IMG/VR virus record: IMGVR_UViG_3300042389_000736
Coordinates: 57,987 to 77,986 of that record
Strand: one strand, 5' to 3'
Length of the DNA: 20,000 bases
Source of the DNA: an uncultured virus (IMG/VR IMGVR_UViG_3300042389_000736)
Lineage: Duplodnaviria; Heunggongvirae; Uroviricota; Caudoviricetes
This document shows, in pieces, positions 1-7,772 of this stretch; position 1 is the first letter of the stretch; every line of letters starts with the position of its first letter. The translations under genes were made by a program, and so were the position numbers. The notes beneath the pieces are model-generated. The model made no database searches, was not told where the DNA came from, and saw only the letters and a list, made by a program, of their open reading frames with translations.

Positions 1-1
1 C

Positions 2-808
2 GGCGAGAGCAAGTACAGGGATCCGAAATTGTTCCTCGCTGCTTGGGAGAAGAAGCTTGGAGAAGGCAACCAGCTGGCGAGCATGTTCGGGGTCTCCCCG
101 GATGTCGTCGCTGGCGTCAAGCTGAACTCCAACATTGCGGCAATGAGCGGAGGCAGTCCTGCTTCCACCGCTATGGCTGCAGTGGCTTCGGCTCCTGCGC
201 CGAAGGTCGCTCCTGCGGCTACCGCCATGACTGCTCTGGCTGCGGCTCCGTCCGTTGCGCCTCAGACTAAGGCGTCTCCTGCTGCTACCGCTAACACGGT
301 TTCCGACAAGGTGATGACTGCAGCTACGACCCCAACGGTCTCCGCTGCGCCATCCACTGCGAAGGGCAACGTCATGGGCGGTATTGCGGTGGCGACGGCT
401 GCAGGTCTGGCCGGAACTGCGGCGAGAGAGTCTGTCCAAGACCGTCAGCTCAACACGAGCTCGATTCAGGCTGCTATGGCTCCGACTGGCGGCGTGGATC
501 CGGCTCTGGCGGAACTGCGTCAGCAGACTACTCTCCTTGCCGCGATTGCGGGCAACACCAAGGAACTCGGTGGGATGTCGAACAGCATCGTGTCTGCGGT
601 GAACAATGTGACGAACAACAATGGCGCGGCCACGAAGGTGGCCGAGAACGTCGAGAGATCTAACACGTTCGTCAATAATGCTAGGAAGACGGACATCTTC
701 GGAAATCTGACCAACAGAGGTGACGCTGGAGTGCTGAGGCCCTCGGTCGATGCTCTTCGCATTGCCTCTGGTGGGAATATCCCGAACATGAGCCCGATCA
801 CTGTCTGA
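2..808 (+). CDS. C-terminal part of an Ala/Thr/Ser-rich virion (tail/tape-measure-like) protein, 5'-truncated by the window
   Basis: Frame is open from base 2 (GESKYRDPKLFLAAWEKKL...) to TGA at 806-808. Low-complexity Ala/Pro/Thr linker, then a 'LAELRQQTTLLAAIAGNT' helix typical of tape-measure/tail lysozyme C-termini. Lies upstream of structural genes. Confidence 0.55.
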   Translation, partial: GESKYRDPKLFLAAWEKKLGEGNQLASMFGVSPDVVAGVKLNSNIAAMSGGSPASTAMAAVASAPAPKVAPAATAMTALAAAPSVAPQTKASPAATANTVSDKVMTAATTPTVSAAPSTAKGNVMGGIAVATAAGLAGTAARESVQDRQLNTSSIQAAMAPTGGVDPALAELRQQTTLLAAIAGNTKELGGMSNSIVSAVNNVTNNNGAATKVAENVERSNTFVNNARKTDIFGNLTNRGDAGVLRPSVDALRIASGGNIPNMSPITV

Positions 809-847
809 TGAAGTCGGTAACGATTAATTAGACAGGTATTCACGGAT

Positions 848-876
848 GGCCCTACAGGTGAAAAGCCTGTAGGGCC
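848..876 (+). terminator. GC-rich hairpin (weak terminator or RNA-processing/stability stem)
   Basis: GGCCCTACAGG-TGAAAAG-CCTGTAGGGCC forms a perfect 11-bp stem, followed only by a weak pyrimidine tract. Confidence 0.5.
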
Positions 877-902
877 TCCTCATTTCTTCGCATGGTGACC
901 AA

Positions 903-2312
903 ATGGCCGACGAAAACAATCCGTATTCTCAATTCTACCAGCCGGGGTTCGGTACCATCATCGGTCGGCCCCTTGCTTTCAATCCTCGGTGCGATCCTCA
1001 CCAGAGGATCTTCCAAGAGACGCTGCTGCAGAACAACACAATCATCCGCGTCACCCCCGGAGTCTATCACTTCGAGAAGGACAAGCTGGAGGCGGCTGAT
1101 CTGATCCTCAAGGATCATTCCAAGCAGGTCGACGAGATCAAGAAGTCCAGAAGAACCACTGCGGCAGAAGAGCTCGACCAGCTCAACGCCCAGACCCAGC
1201 AGATTCTCATCAAGGAAGGTATCGACATGCGATACCTGACCTTCAAGCCAGCGTTCGCCGAGTTCTTGACCGCCTACCAGCTTCTGGTGAACCGGGCAGG
1301 CACCTCTCTGACCGGGCGGTCCAATGCCAGCACGATGACGAAGTTCACGACTAACATCATGGACTTCATGCTGCACAACGACGCCAAGCAAAGCTCCAAG
1401 TACCGTGGGTTCAACCTGTGGGTGGAGAAGTCTACGTCTATCTCCGAGACGGTGTCTAACTCCTTCTCGGACTCCGTCTTCCAGGGTCTGACCGACAAGA
1501 TCGGCAACGCCGCGAGAGAGTTCCAGGTTCTGACGGGGATGAACTTCGGCACCTTCAACGAGTCGAACAACGTCGAGGTGACGACTCAGAACAACATCGG
1601 GTCCAACGAGGCTTCCACGGTTGGCCGTCTGGTCCAGACTGCCGCGACGACTGCCTCCGGCGCGAAGGTCGTCCTTCCGCAGATCTGGAATGACAGCAAG
1701 TTCGACCGCAGCTACAACGTGTCGTTCCGTTTCATGTCCCCGTACGGCGACGACCGATCCGTCTTTGTGAACGTCATCCTGCCGTTCCTCTTCATCTTGG
1801 CCTGCGCACTTCCGACTCAGGACGGTCCTTCCGGCATGAAGTTCCCTTTCCTGCTACAGATGGACTGCCCCGGCTACTTCAGCTGCCCTATGGGCGTGAT
1901 CAGCAACCTGAGCTTCACCAAGGGCGGCTCCGATGCGCTCTTCAATCGCTCCGGACTCCCTCTGATCATCGAGGGTACCTTCAGCGTGATGGATCTGTAC
2001 AGCTCTCTGTCTCTGCCCATCAACGATTCTCAGTTTGTGACTAACCTCGGAACTGCTGCGTTCATCAACAACTTGGTTGGTGCGTCGCTGTATCAGGCGA
2101 TCGACACCGGCATCAAGGACAACCTGCAGAACTATGTCAAGGGCGGTCTCTTGAAAATGGTCAGTCCGTTCAATTCTCTAGACGCCAAACAGCTAGACCT
2201 GATGCGTTACGCTGGCATTGCCACCGACCAGACGACTCCGCTAGGATCTACCGTCGCCAACAAGATCGGTCAGGCCGTGAACAACGTGATGGGAATGCTA
2301 TCGAAGTACTGA
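903..2312 (+). CDS. Putative baseplate / tail-tube initiator (gp48-like) structural protein
   Basis: 469-aa ORF. The segment 'LPQIWNDSKFDRSYNVSFRFMSPYGD...PFLLQMDCPGYFSCPMGVISNLSFTKGG...GLPLIIEGTFSVMDL' has the beta-strand pattern of tube-fold initiator proteins of large myophages. It sits between a tail-like gene and the prohead protease. Confidence 0.5.
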   Translation: MADENNPYSQFYQPGFGTIIGRPLAFNPRCDPHQRIFQETLLQNNTIIRVTPGVYHFEKDKLEAADLILKDHSKQVDEIKKSRRTTAAEELDQLNAQTQQILIKEGIDMRYLTFKPAFAEFLTAYQLLVNRAGTSLTGRSNASTMTKFTTNIMDFMLHNDAKQSSKYRGFNLWVEKSTSISETVSNSFSDSVFQGLTDKIGNAAREFQVLTGMNFGTFNESNNVEVTTQNNIGSNEASTVGRLVQTAATTASGAKVVLPQIWNDSKFDRSYNVSFRFMSPYGDDRSVFVNVILPFLFILACALPTQDGPSGMKFPFLLQMDCPGYFSCPMGVISNLSFTKGGSDALFNRSGLPLIIEGTFSVMDLYSSLSLPINDSQFVTNLGTAAFINNLVGASLYQAIDTGIKDNLQNYVKGGLLKMVSPFNSLDAKQLDLMRYAGIATDQTTPLGSTVANKIGQAVNNVMGMLSKY

Positions 2313-2367
2313 CCGCCACGGAACAGCAGTTTAGTAGAATCGTCATCCTTTCCAGAAGGAATTCAAA

Positions 2368-3162
2368 ATGTCCGAAAAGATCATTGGCTACGTATTTCAC
2401 GAAGCCGCAATGAACGAGGGCGAGATCCGTTCCATGCAGCGCCAGCGCAACGGCGTAGTCCGCATGGTGGCCGTCCTCCAAGAAGCCAACCTGCCCAACC
2501 GAAACGGTCGTGTCTACCCGAAGGCTGTCATCGAGAAGGCTCTCCAAGCTCCCTTCGTGAAGGAAAAGCTCGGCACGAACTCTTTGCTCGGCGAGTCCAA
2601 CCACCCGGCGAACGCAGACATGCAGCGCCAGATGTCCATCGACCTGAACAACGTGTCCCACGTCATCAAGAAGGTCTGGTGGGATCCGCAGGACAGCAAC
2701 CTGCTGCTCGGCGAGGTGGAGACCGCCTCCACCGAGACCGGCAAGAACTTCGCCGGTCTGATCTCCGAGAACGGCATGCAGGCTTCCTTCTCCATGCGTG
2801 GCCTCGGCGACGTGGTTAAGGCAGGTGGCAAGGTTACTGTCAAGGATCCTCTCCGTATCGTGACCTACGACAGCGTTCATTTCCCTTCCCACCAGAAGGC
2901 GTACATGCGCAACGTGGTGAACGAGTCCGCAGTGCCGGTCGGCATCGACGCACTGGCGAAGTACGCCGCCGAGAACTCCAAGGACTTCGCGCAGCTGAAC
3001 GAGAACGTCCTGTGCATCGCCCAAGACAAGCTCGACTTCAAGCTCGAAGAGGGCGGCAAGCTCGTCATCATCGACCGCGAGATCCAGCGTCCGGCTGCAG
3101 TGGTGCTGATCGAGTCGAAGCTGGAGAAGGAAGTAACTTCCGCTCTCCGTCGTCTGTTCTAA
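2368..3162 (+). CDS. Prohead core protein protease (T4 gp21-like)
   Basis: Hallmark motifs NRNGRVYP, LGESNHP (catalytic His), FSMRGLG (catalytic Ser) and YDSVHFPS. RBS AAGGA lies upstream. Confidence 0.93.
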   Translation: MSEKIIGYVFHEAAMNEGEIRSMQRQRNGVVRMVAVLQEANLPNRNGRVYPKAVIEKALQAPFVKEKLGTNSLLGESNHPANADMQRQMSIDLNNVSHVIKKVWWDPQDSNLLLGEVETASTETGKNFAGLISENGMQASFSMRGLGDVVKAGGKVTVKDPLRIVTYDSVHFPSHQKAYMRNVVNESAVPVGIDALAKYAAENSKDFAQLNENVLCIAQDKLDFKLEEGGKLVIIDREIQRPAAVVLIESKLEKEVTSALRRLF

Positions 3163-3163
3163 G

Positions 3164-3206
3164 AAAAGAAACCCCCTATGGCGTAATTGCCATAGGGGTT
3201 CTTTTT
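3164..3206. terminator. Bidirectional intrinsic terminator between convergent operons
   Basis: AAAAGAAACCCCCTATGGC-GTAATT-GCCATAGGGGTTCTTTTT is an inverted repeat with an A-tract before and a T-tract after, lying between two convergent stop codons. Confidence 0.85.
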
Positions 3207-3579
3207 ACCCTTTGAGGGTCACGCCGAGCTCTTTCGCTCTGGCTCTGATCATGGGGATCACTTCGCCTTCCATCGACTTGTACAAGTCGATCATGTCGTC
3301 GTCACTGTGAGCGAGATTGTGGATCCCGGTCGTGCCGACTCTGGACTTGAAGTCCGCGATGGAGGCTTTGTAGTTGTCTAGGACTTGCTGGAGATCTTCT
3401 TGCTTGTCCATGTGCTGGAGGGCCTTCTTGACGATGGCGATGCCAGCGTCTTTCCCGATCTTGTGGCCGAAACTCCGGAAGAGCGAGAACGGCCAGAAAT
3501 CGAGACGGAAAGCCTTGAAGGCGATGTTGTCTTCCGAGAGGAAGAAGTTCTTGTAATCGTGGACGGACGTTGCCATCAT
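3205..3579 (-). CDS. Hypothetical helical protein, possibly an internal head protein
   Basis: 124-aa ORF translationally coupled (4-nt overlap) to the upstream gene, with phage-like codon usage and an N-terminal 'FFLSE' motif. Confidence 0.7.
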   Translation of the reverse strand: MMATSVHDYKNFFLSEDNIAFKAFRLDFWPFSLFRSFGHKIGKDAGIAIVKKALQHMDKQEDLQQVLDNYKASIADFKSRVGTTGIHNLAHSDDDMIDLYKSMEGEVIPMIRARAKELGVTLKG

Positions 3580-4046
3580 TTCACCTTCAGCATCTTGTCC
3601 TTCGCTTCCATGCGAAGGTGCTTCAACTTCGTGACGTGGTGGTCAACGATAGACTTCTGGTCGTCCTTGATGAAGTGAGCGGCCAGCAAGCCAGCGCCCA
3701 GCCCAATCAGAGCACCAGTCCCTTCGTGACCGCGATCTGCAGCCAGTGCGCCGACCAGCGCGCCGCCCTGCATGTAAGCTCCGACTCGTTCGCCGCTGCG
3801 CTTGTTCTCGGTGTACCCGCAGTCTTCCAGAGCGTCCTCGATATCCTGGGTGAGGATTTCAATTTCGGTACGGTTCTTTGCGGTTCCAAGGCGAAGCTCG
3901 AAGCGGCGAGCTAGATCGTCGCCCTGACCGTTCATCACCTTACGGAAGTACGGATTGTCCTGACTATGGGAGTACTCGTTCAGAGCCTCCGCATCGGTCA
4001 CTTCTCCGCTGAGGAAGAAGCCGACCAAATCTTGCACTCTTGACAT
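3576..4046 (-). CDS. Hypothetical protein with a glycine-zipper (2TM-like) segment
   Basis: 156 aa containing the GxxxG repeats 'GAYMQGGALVGALAA...GTGALIGLGAGLLAA'. RBS AAAGGT precedes the ATG. Confidence 0.7.
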   Translation of the reverse strand: MSRVQDLVGFFLSGEVTDAEALNEYSHSQDNPYFRKVMNGQGDDLARRFELRLGTAKNRTEIEILTQDIEDALEDCGYTENKRSGERVGAYMQGGALVGALAADRGHEGTGALIGLGAGLLAAHFIKDDQKSIVDHHVTKLKHLRMEAKDKMLKVK

Positions 4047-4462
4047 GATTTACCTTTGGTGGTGGATCTACAGACTAATGCAGTGTTCTTGTCGCACTTG
4101 AACAGTTTGTCGAGAACTTTCACCAAAGTTTCGGGTTTGAACGGCTTGATGATGTAGCCGTTCACCCCGAGTTTCACCATCTCTTCGATGCGCTTCTTCT
4201 CGCACTCGGCGGTCAGCATGACCACAGGAGTCCTTTCCATGCCGGGAGTCTGCCGCACCTTGGCGACTAGGTCTCCCCCTGTCATGTTCGGCATGTTCCA
4301 GTCGCTGATGACTAGATCGTACTTGCTGAGCTGGAGAGATTCGAACGCTTCCCTCCCGCAGCTAGCCTCGGAGACGGTGCATCCGTACTCCTTGACGATG
4401 GCCGAAACGATGCGCCTCATCGTGGACATGTCGTCCACGACCAATACTCTTTTGCTCTTCAA
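3998..4462 (-). CDS. cheY: Stand-alone CheY-like response regulator (receiver domain) with a Cys-rich C-terminal tail
   Basis: VLVVDDMSTMRRIV, ISDWNMPNMTG (phospho-Asp), MLTAE and GYIIKPF are all canonical CheY motifs. TTG start with a GAGGT RBS. Confidence 0.9.
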   Translation of the reverse strand: MKSKRVLVVDDMSTMRRIVSAIVKEYGCTVSEASCGREAFESLQLSKYDLVISDWNMPNMTGGDLVAKVRQTPGMERTPVVMLTAECEKKRIEEMVKLGVNGYIIKPFKPETLVKVLDKLFKCDKNTALVCRSTTKGKSCQECKIWSASSSAEK

Positions 4463-4468
4463 GGCATC

Positions 4469-5737
4469 TTACCTCTTTTTCACTTTTTTCTTGATGGTGA
4501 ATCCGCTCTTGGGAGAGGGAACCGCCGCTGTGGTTGTCTTCTTCTCTTCGGCGAAATCCATGATCTCCACCTTGGTGCGAAGCGGCTTGGAGAAATCGAC
4601 TTTCTCAATCGGAATCTCGTTGTCCGGACCCGGTCTCACCCAGTTCTCGAACTCCTCGTCGGTCATCGGCTTGCTCATCTCCGGATCGGAGAAAGACACC
4701 ATGTCGATGGGAATGTCATTGCAGTGATCGAAATTGCATCCCGGCGGCGGGAGATCCTCGCTGGTTGCCTCTCGGATCTCATGAAAAGGGAACGCTCCAC
4801 CACCGGGAACGACCGTCACTTTCTCTTCCAGAGCCCCAGCTTTTTCAGCAGATCCTTGTACATCTTCTTCCTGAACTGCTTCAGCGTCTTCGGTGTCGCC
4901 TTCTTCATTTTCGGTTCTCGCTAGGATTCTGTCGAGCGCGTCTTGGAGTTTCTTCTTGTCCTCATCGGTGGGCTCCGAGTCAGACTTCAGGCCGAGCCTC
5001 TTCATCTCGCAAGGGCAGTGGGGGTCATTGCCCACTTTTCCGATGCAGGCGCACATGCTGAGCTTACCGGACTCAAGACCGGCGATGACTTCCTTCACTT
5101 CGGAGTGAGCTGGGTGATCGGGATCGTTCAAGACTTGCTGTACCGGAACGGGCTGGTTGATAGATGGGATCAGTTCGTTCTTGACCCATTCCCGACCCTC
5201 GTCCATCGCTGCCTTTCCTTCCGGGGTAGATTCGATTTCTGCGATGAACTCCGACAGGGGAGTCCCGGCTGCTTCCTTCTCCTCCGATCCCCACAGTTCG
5301 TTCAGGGGTTCGTAGTACTCCCCGACCAGCATGAGGCTTCCTTTCATGGTAGGGAGCTTGAACGTGCTGAAGTCTTCCGGCACCGAGCAGGAGAGGGTGA
5401 TGTGCGGATTGTAGATCGGATAGTCGTAAGTTGCCCCGAGCTCTGCCATCAGGGCAACGTGGCGCTGAATGAGAGAAGGACAACGGAGTTTCATCACCAA
5501 ACAACGGCATCCGGGGATGTGACTGTCGAACAAGGCGTATCCGTCGTGGAACGCCATGTGGAACAGGTCCGGGTTGGGCGAGAACTGCTCCGAGTGGTCC
5601 TTGCGGGAGTACAGGAGGGTGACATGGAATTCCTCTTGGGAGCATGGGATACCATTGTCCTTGAGGAAACGTACCAACCTGTCCGCGCTAACAGGAGCCA
5701 GATTGTAACCGGCGTATGTGCCTTTGGCGTTTTGCAT
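4469..5737 (-). CDS. acb1: Anti-CBASS Acb1 (T4 gp57B-like 2H phosphodiesterase) fused to a ~270-aa acidic extension
   Basis: The N-terminal ~150 aa contain GTYAG, HVTLLYSR, LGATYDYPIYNPHITLS and EYYEPLNELW. These match T4 Acb1 (GLYVA, HSTICYSR, LGATHDFDDYTPHITLS, EYKEPLKLDW), and both HxT motifs are intact. Confidence 0.85.
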   Translation of the reverse strand: MQNAKGTYAGYNLAPVSADRLVRFLKDNGIPCSQEEFHVTLLYSRKDHSEQFSPNPDLFHMAFHDGYALFDSHIPGCRCLVMKLRCPSLIQRHVALMAELGATYDYPIYNPHITLSCSVPEDFSTFKLPTMKGSLMLVGEYYEPLNELWGSEEKEAAGTPLSEFIAEIESTPEGKAAMDEGREWVKNELIPSINQPVPVQQVLNDPDHPAHSEVKEVIAGLESGKLSMCACIGKVGNDPHCPCEMKRLGLKSDSEPTDEDKKKLQDALDRILARTENEEGDTEDAEAVQEEDVQGSAEKAGALEEKVTVVPGGGAFPFHEIREATSEDLPPPGCNFDHCNDIPIDMVSFSDPEMSKPMTDEEFENWVRPGPDNEIPIEKVDFSKPLRTKVEIMDFAEEKKTTTAAVPSPKSGFTIKKKVKKR

Positions 5738-5759
5738 TTGCGTAAAACCTCAAATTGTG

Positions 5760-5771
5760 ATATATTATTAG
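5760..5771 (+). promoter_or_regulatory. Putative phage promoter element ATATATTATTAG in the divergent intergenic region
   Basis: AT-rich motif that recurs near-identically (ATATATGATTAG) at 9017-9028, upstream of another operon start. Confidence 0.45.
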
Positions 5772-5807
5772 AGAGTTCCGACATCAGAAACTCTTACAGG
5801 AGATGGT

Positions 5808-6977
5808 ATGGAGAAGAACTTTGAATCGAGAGACGACGACGTGAACTTCACCATCGTCGTCAACTGGAGGGAGCGCGGCTTCGGCTGCGCCAAGAACTGC
5901 TCTTACTGCAACTGGCGATCTAGCCCGCTGCTCCCGAACGGAGCGCAGAGCGAGGAAGATATCGTCAAGTTCATCAGGCAGTGCAAGAAGAGCTTCGTCA
6001 CGATCAGCGGAGGCGGAGACCCTCTCTACAAGTTCGAGGAGAACCGAGACAAGCTTGAGAAGATGGCATCGATCATCCGACGAGAGGGCTTCAAGGTCAG
6101 GCTCATCACCAGAGAGGTAGAGCACATCCCGAGCCTGAAGGGGATCATCGACTGCTTCTCCGTGTCTCTGGACGCGGAAGTCATGGCTAAGGTGATCGAA
6201 ATGCGAGAGAAACTCGACGAATTCGACGTAGAGTACTCGTTGGTACTGCCTCCCCTTCCTACCGAGGAAATCGTCAAGCTCAAGCCCCAGTACTACAAGA
6301 TGCGCCGGGTGCTGGCTAGGACTCTCGTGCTCCGGGAGAACCTGAACTCGGTGTACCCGCTGGACTTCAAGAAGCTTTCTTTCGGAAACAGCGCGATCGT
6401 CTTCGTCCCGAAGAAGCTGTGCCTCTCAAGCCGCTACCTGTCGAAGATCGACTGCTCCGGGCATGACATCGTTCAGGACAACGAAGGTCTGGCGTATTTC
6501 ATGATGCACGACCCGAACCTGATCCTCTTCGGCGGATTCGTGAAGCACCTCGTCGACCCGAAGGTCCACATGGAGTACGGAGACATCGATGTCATCGCGA
6601 CGAACGCCTACTCGGTGGCCTTCCTTGAGAGCGACTTCGGGTACAAATTCAAGAAAGTGTCTCCTGAAGGAGCCTACCCCGCGTACTACATCGGGAAGTC
6701 GGAAAGAGCCGGTAAGGACATTCAGCTGATCCTCATGCGCCATAAGCTGGATGCCATGAACTTCATTGAAAGCGCCCAGTACGACGTCGACCGACTGGCA
6801 TACTGCAACGGAGACTTCCTGCTCGACACCGAGGAGAAGTTCGAAGCCATCAAGAAGAAAGTAGCAACGCTGCAGCACGACAAGAGAGACATGTCTCTCT
6901 TCAACAAAGACCGCCCTTTGATCGAGCAGAAGCACAAGCTGAAGCTCATGAAGAAGGGTTTCAAGATCAACGAGTGA
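5808..6977 (+). CDS. Radical SAM domain fused to a nucleotidyltransferase (CCA-adding/poly(A) polymerase head-like) domain
   Basis: N-terminal half has CAKNCSYC (CxxxCxxC), ISGGGDPL and SVSLD. C-terminal half has ILFGGFVKHL...YGDIDVI (GG...DxD), YDVDRLAY and a terminal KKGFKI. RBS AGGAG. Confidence 0.8.
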   Translation: MEKNFESRDDDVNFTIVVNWRERGFGCAKNCSYCNWRSSPLLPNGAQSEEDIVKFIRQCKKSFVTISGGGDPLYKFEENRDKLEKMASIIRREGFKVRLITREVEHIPSLKGIIDCFSVSLDAEVMAKVIEMREKLDEFDVEYSLVLPPLPTEEIVKLKPQYYKMRRVLARTLVLRENLNSVYPLDFKKLSFGNSAIVFVPKKLCLSSRYLSKIDCSGHDIVQDNEGLAYFMMHDPNLILFGGFVKHLVDPKVHMEYGDIDVIATNAYSVAFLESDFGYKFKKVSPEGAYPAYYIGKSERAGKDIQLILMRHKLDAMNFIESAQYDVDRLAYCNGDFLLDTEEKFEAIKKKVATLQHDKRDMSLFNKDRPLIEQKHKLKLMKKGFKINE

Positions 6978-6991
6978 CGAAAGGAAGAAGC

Positions 6992-7705
6992 ATGAACACG
7001 ACTATCTACACCACCGCCGAGGCAATGGAAACTCTCGAAGCTATCAAGGGCCTGAGCTGGAGCGACCGAACTGGCGAGCACTCTGATCTGGCAAGCAAGC
7101 AGGGCTACACCCTGAAGCAAGACCTTAACTTGTCGGTCCTGCCCGACGGCGCTTCCATCGGCCTGTCGATCAACACCAAGCTGATCGACTACTACGTCAG
7201 CCACGTAGAGTTCCCGGCAAACCTCCGTGGCTGCATCTTCGAGGGTGCTCCGAACCTTCCTCCGAAGTACGTGGAAAACATCGAGTACTGGAGTCACGAG
7301 GTCAAGACCCCGGAGGACACGAATACGGTCTACTTCCAGAACCCCGACAACGCCTACATGGTGCAGCTGGTCGAGGACGAAGAGGGGGAGAACCACGTTC
7401 CCGAACGCTTCGTCAGCGAGGGCATCGTCGTCCACATCAAGGAGCTCAAGGATCTGATCGACACTCACGGACTCCAGCCGGAGCAATTCATCGAGATCGG
7501 CCTCCCTGTAGATCGGGAAGTCTTCGGAAACGAGGACGGCGACACGTCGCTCTATGACACTGGTCATGAGTACAAGGTGGACGTCGCAGAGGGCATCGAG
7601 GTGATCTACCTAAAGGTCGATGACGTTCTGAAGTCTCCAGATCCCAATAACATCTACATCGACGTGCTCCGCCATGAGATGCTCGATTACGGGTATTATT
7701 ACTGA
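6992..7705 (+). CDS. Acidic hypothetical protein
   Basis: ORF with RBS AAGGA before ATG 6992 (the track gives an alternative GTG start at 6974). Directly follows the radical SAM-NTase gene. Confidence 0.75.
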   Translation: MNTTIYTTAEAMETLEAIKGLSWSDRTGEHSDLASKQGYTLKQDLNLSVLPDGASIGLSINTKLIDYYVSHVEFPANLRGCIFEGAPNLPPKYVENIEYWSHEVKTPEDTNTVYFQNPDNAYMVQLVEDEEGENHVPERFVSEGIVVHIKELKDLIDTHGLQPEQFIEIGLPVDREVFGNEDGDTSLYDTGHEYKVDVAEGIEVIYLKVDDVLKSPDPNNIYIDVLRHEMLDYGYYY

Positions 7706-7739
7706 TATAGATAAATCGGTAGTACTGAGGTAAATCGTT

Positions 7740-7772
7740 ATAGGGAGAGATAAATTCTCTCCCTATTTCTTT
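7740..7772 (+). terminator. Intrinsic terminator
   Basis: ATAGGGAGAGA-TAAAT-TCTCTCCCTAT followed by TTCTTT. Confidence 0.8.

Noticed and set aside
5235..5260. SEFIAE inside the Acb1 fusion resembles the T4 capsid-targeting sequence (QEFIAE)
   Set aside because: It is internal rather than N-terminal and too short to distinguish from chance.
4943..5824. Long antisense or alternative-frame ORFs (e.g. 4943-5824 +, 2248-3024 -, 6722-7567 -, 9485-10288 -, 12158-12964 -)
   Set aside because: They are shadows of well-supported genes in GC3-rich DNA, with no RBS or recognisable motifs.
5808..6450. Calling the radical SAM domain a viperin or a specific family (QueE, NrdG, MoaA)
   Set aside because: Only generic radical SAM motifs are visible, and family-specific residues could not be confirmed by eye.
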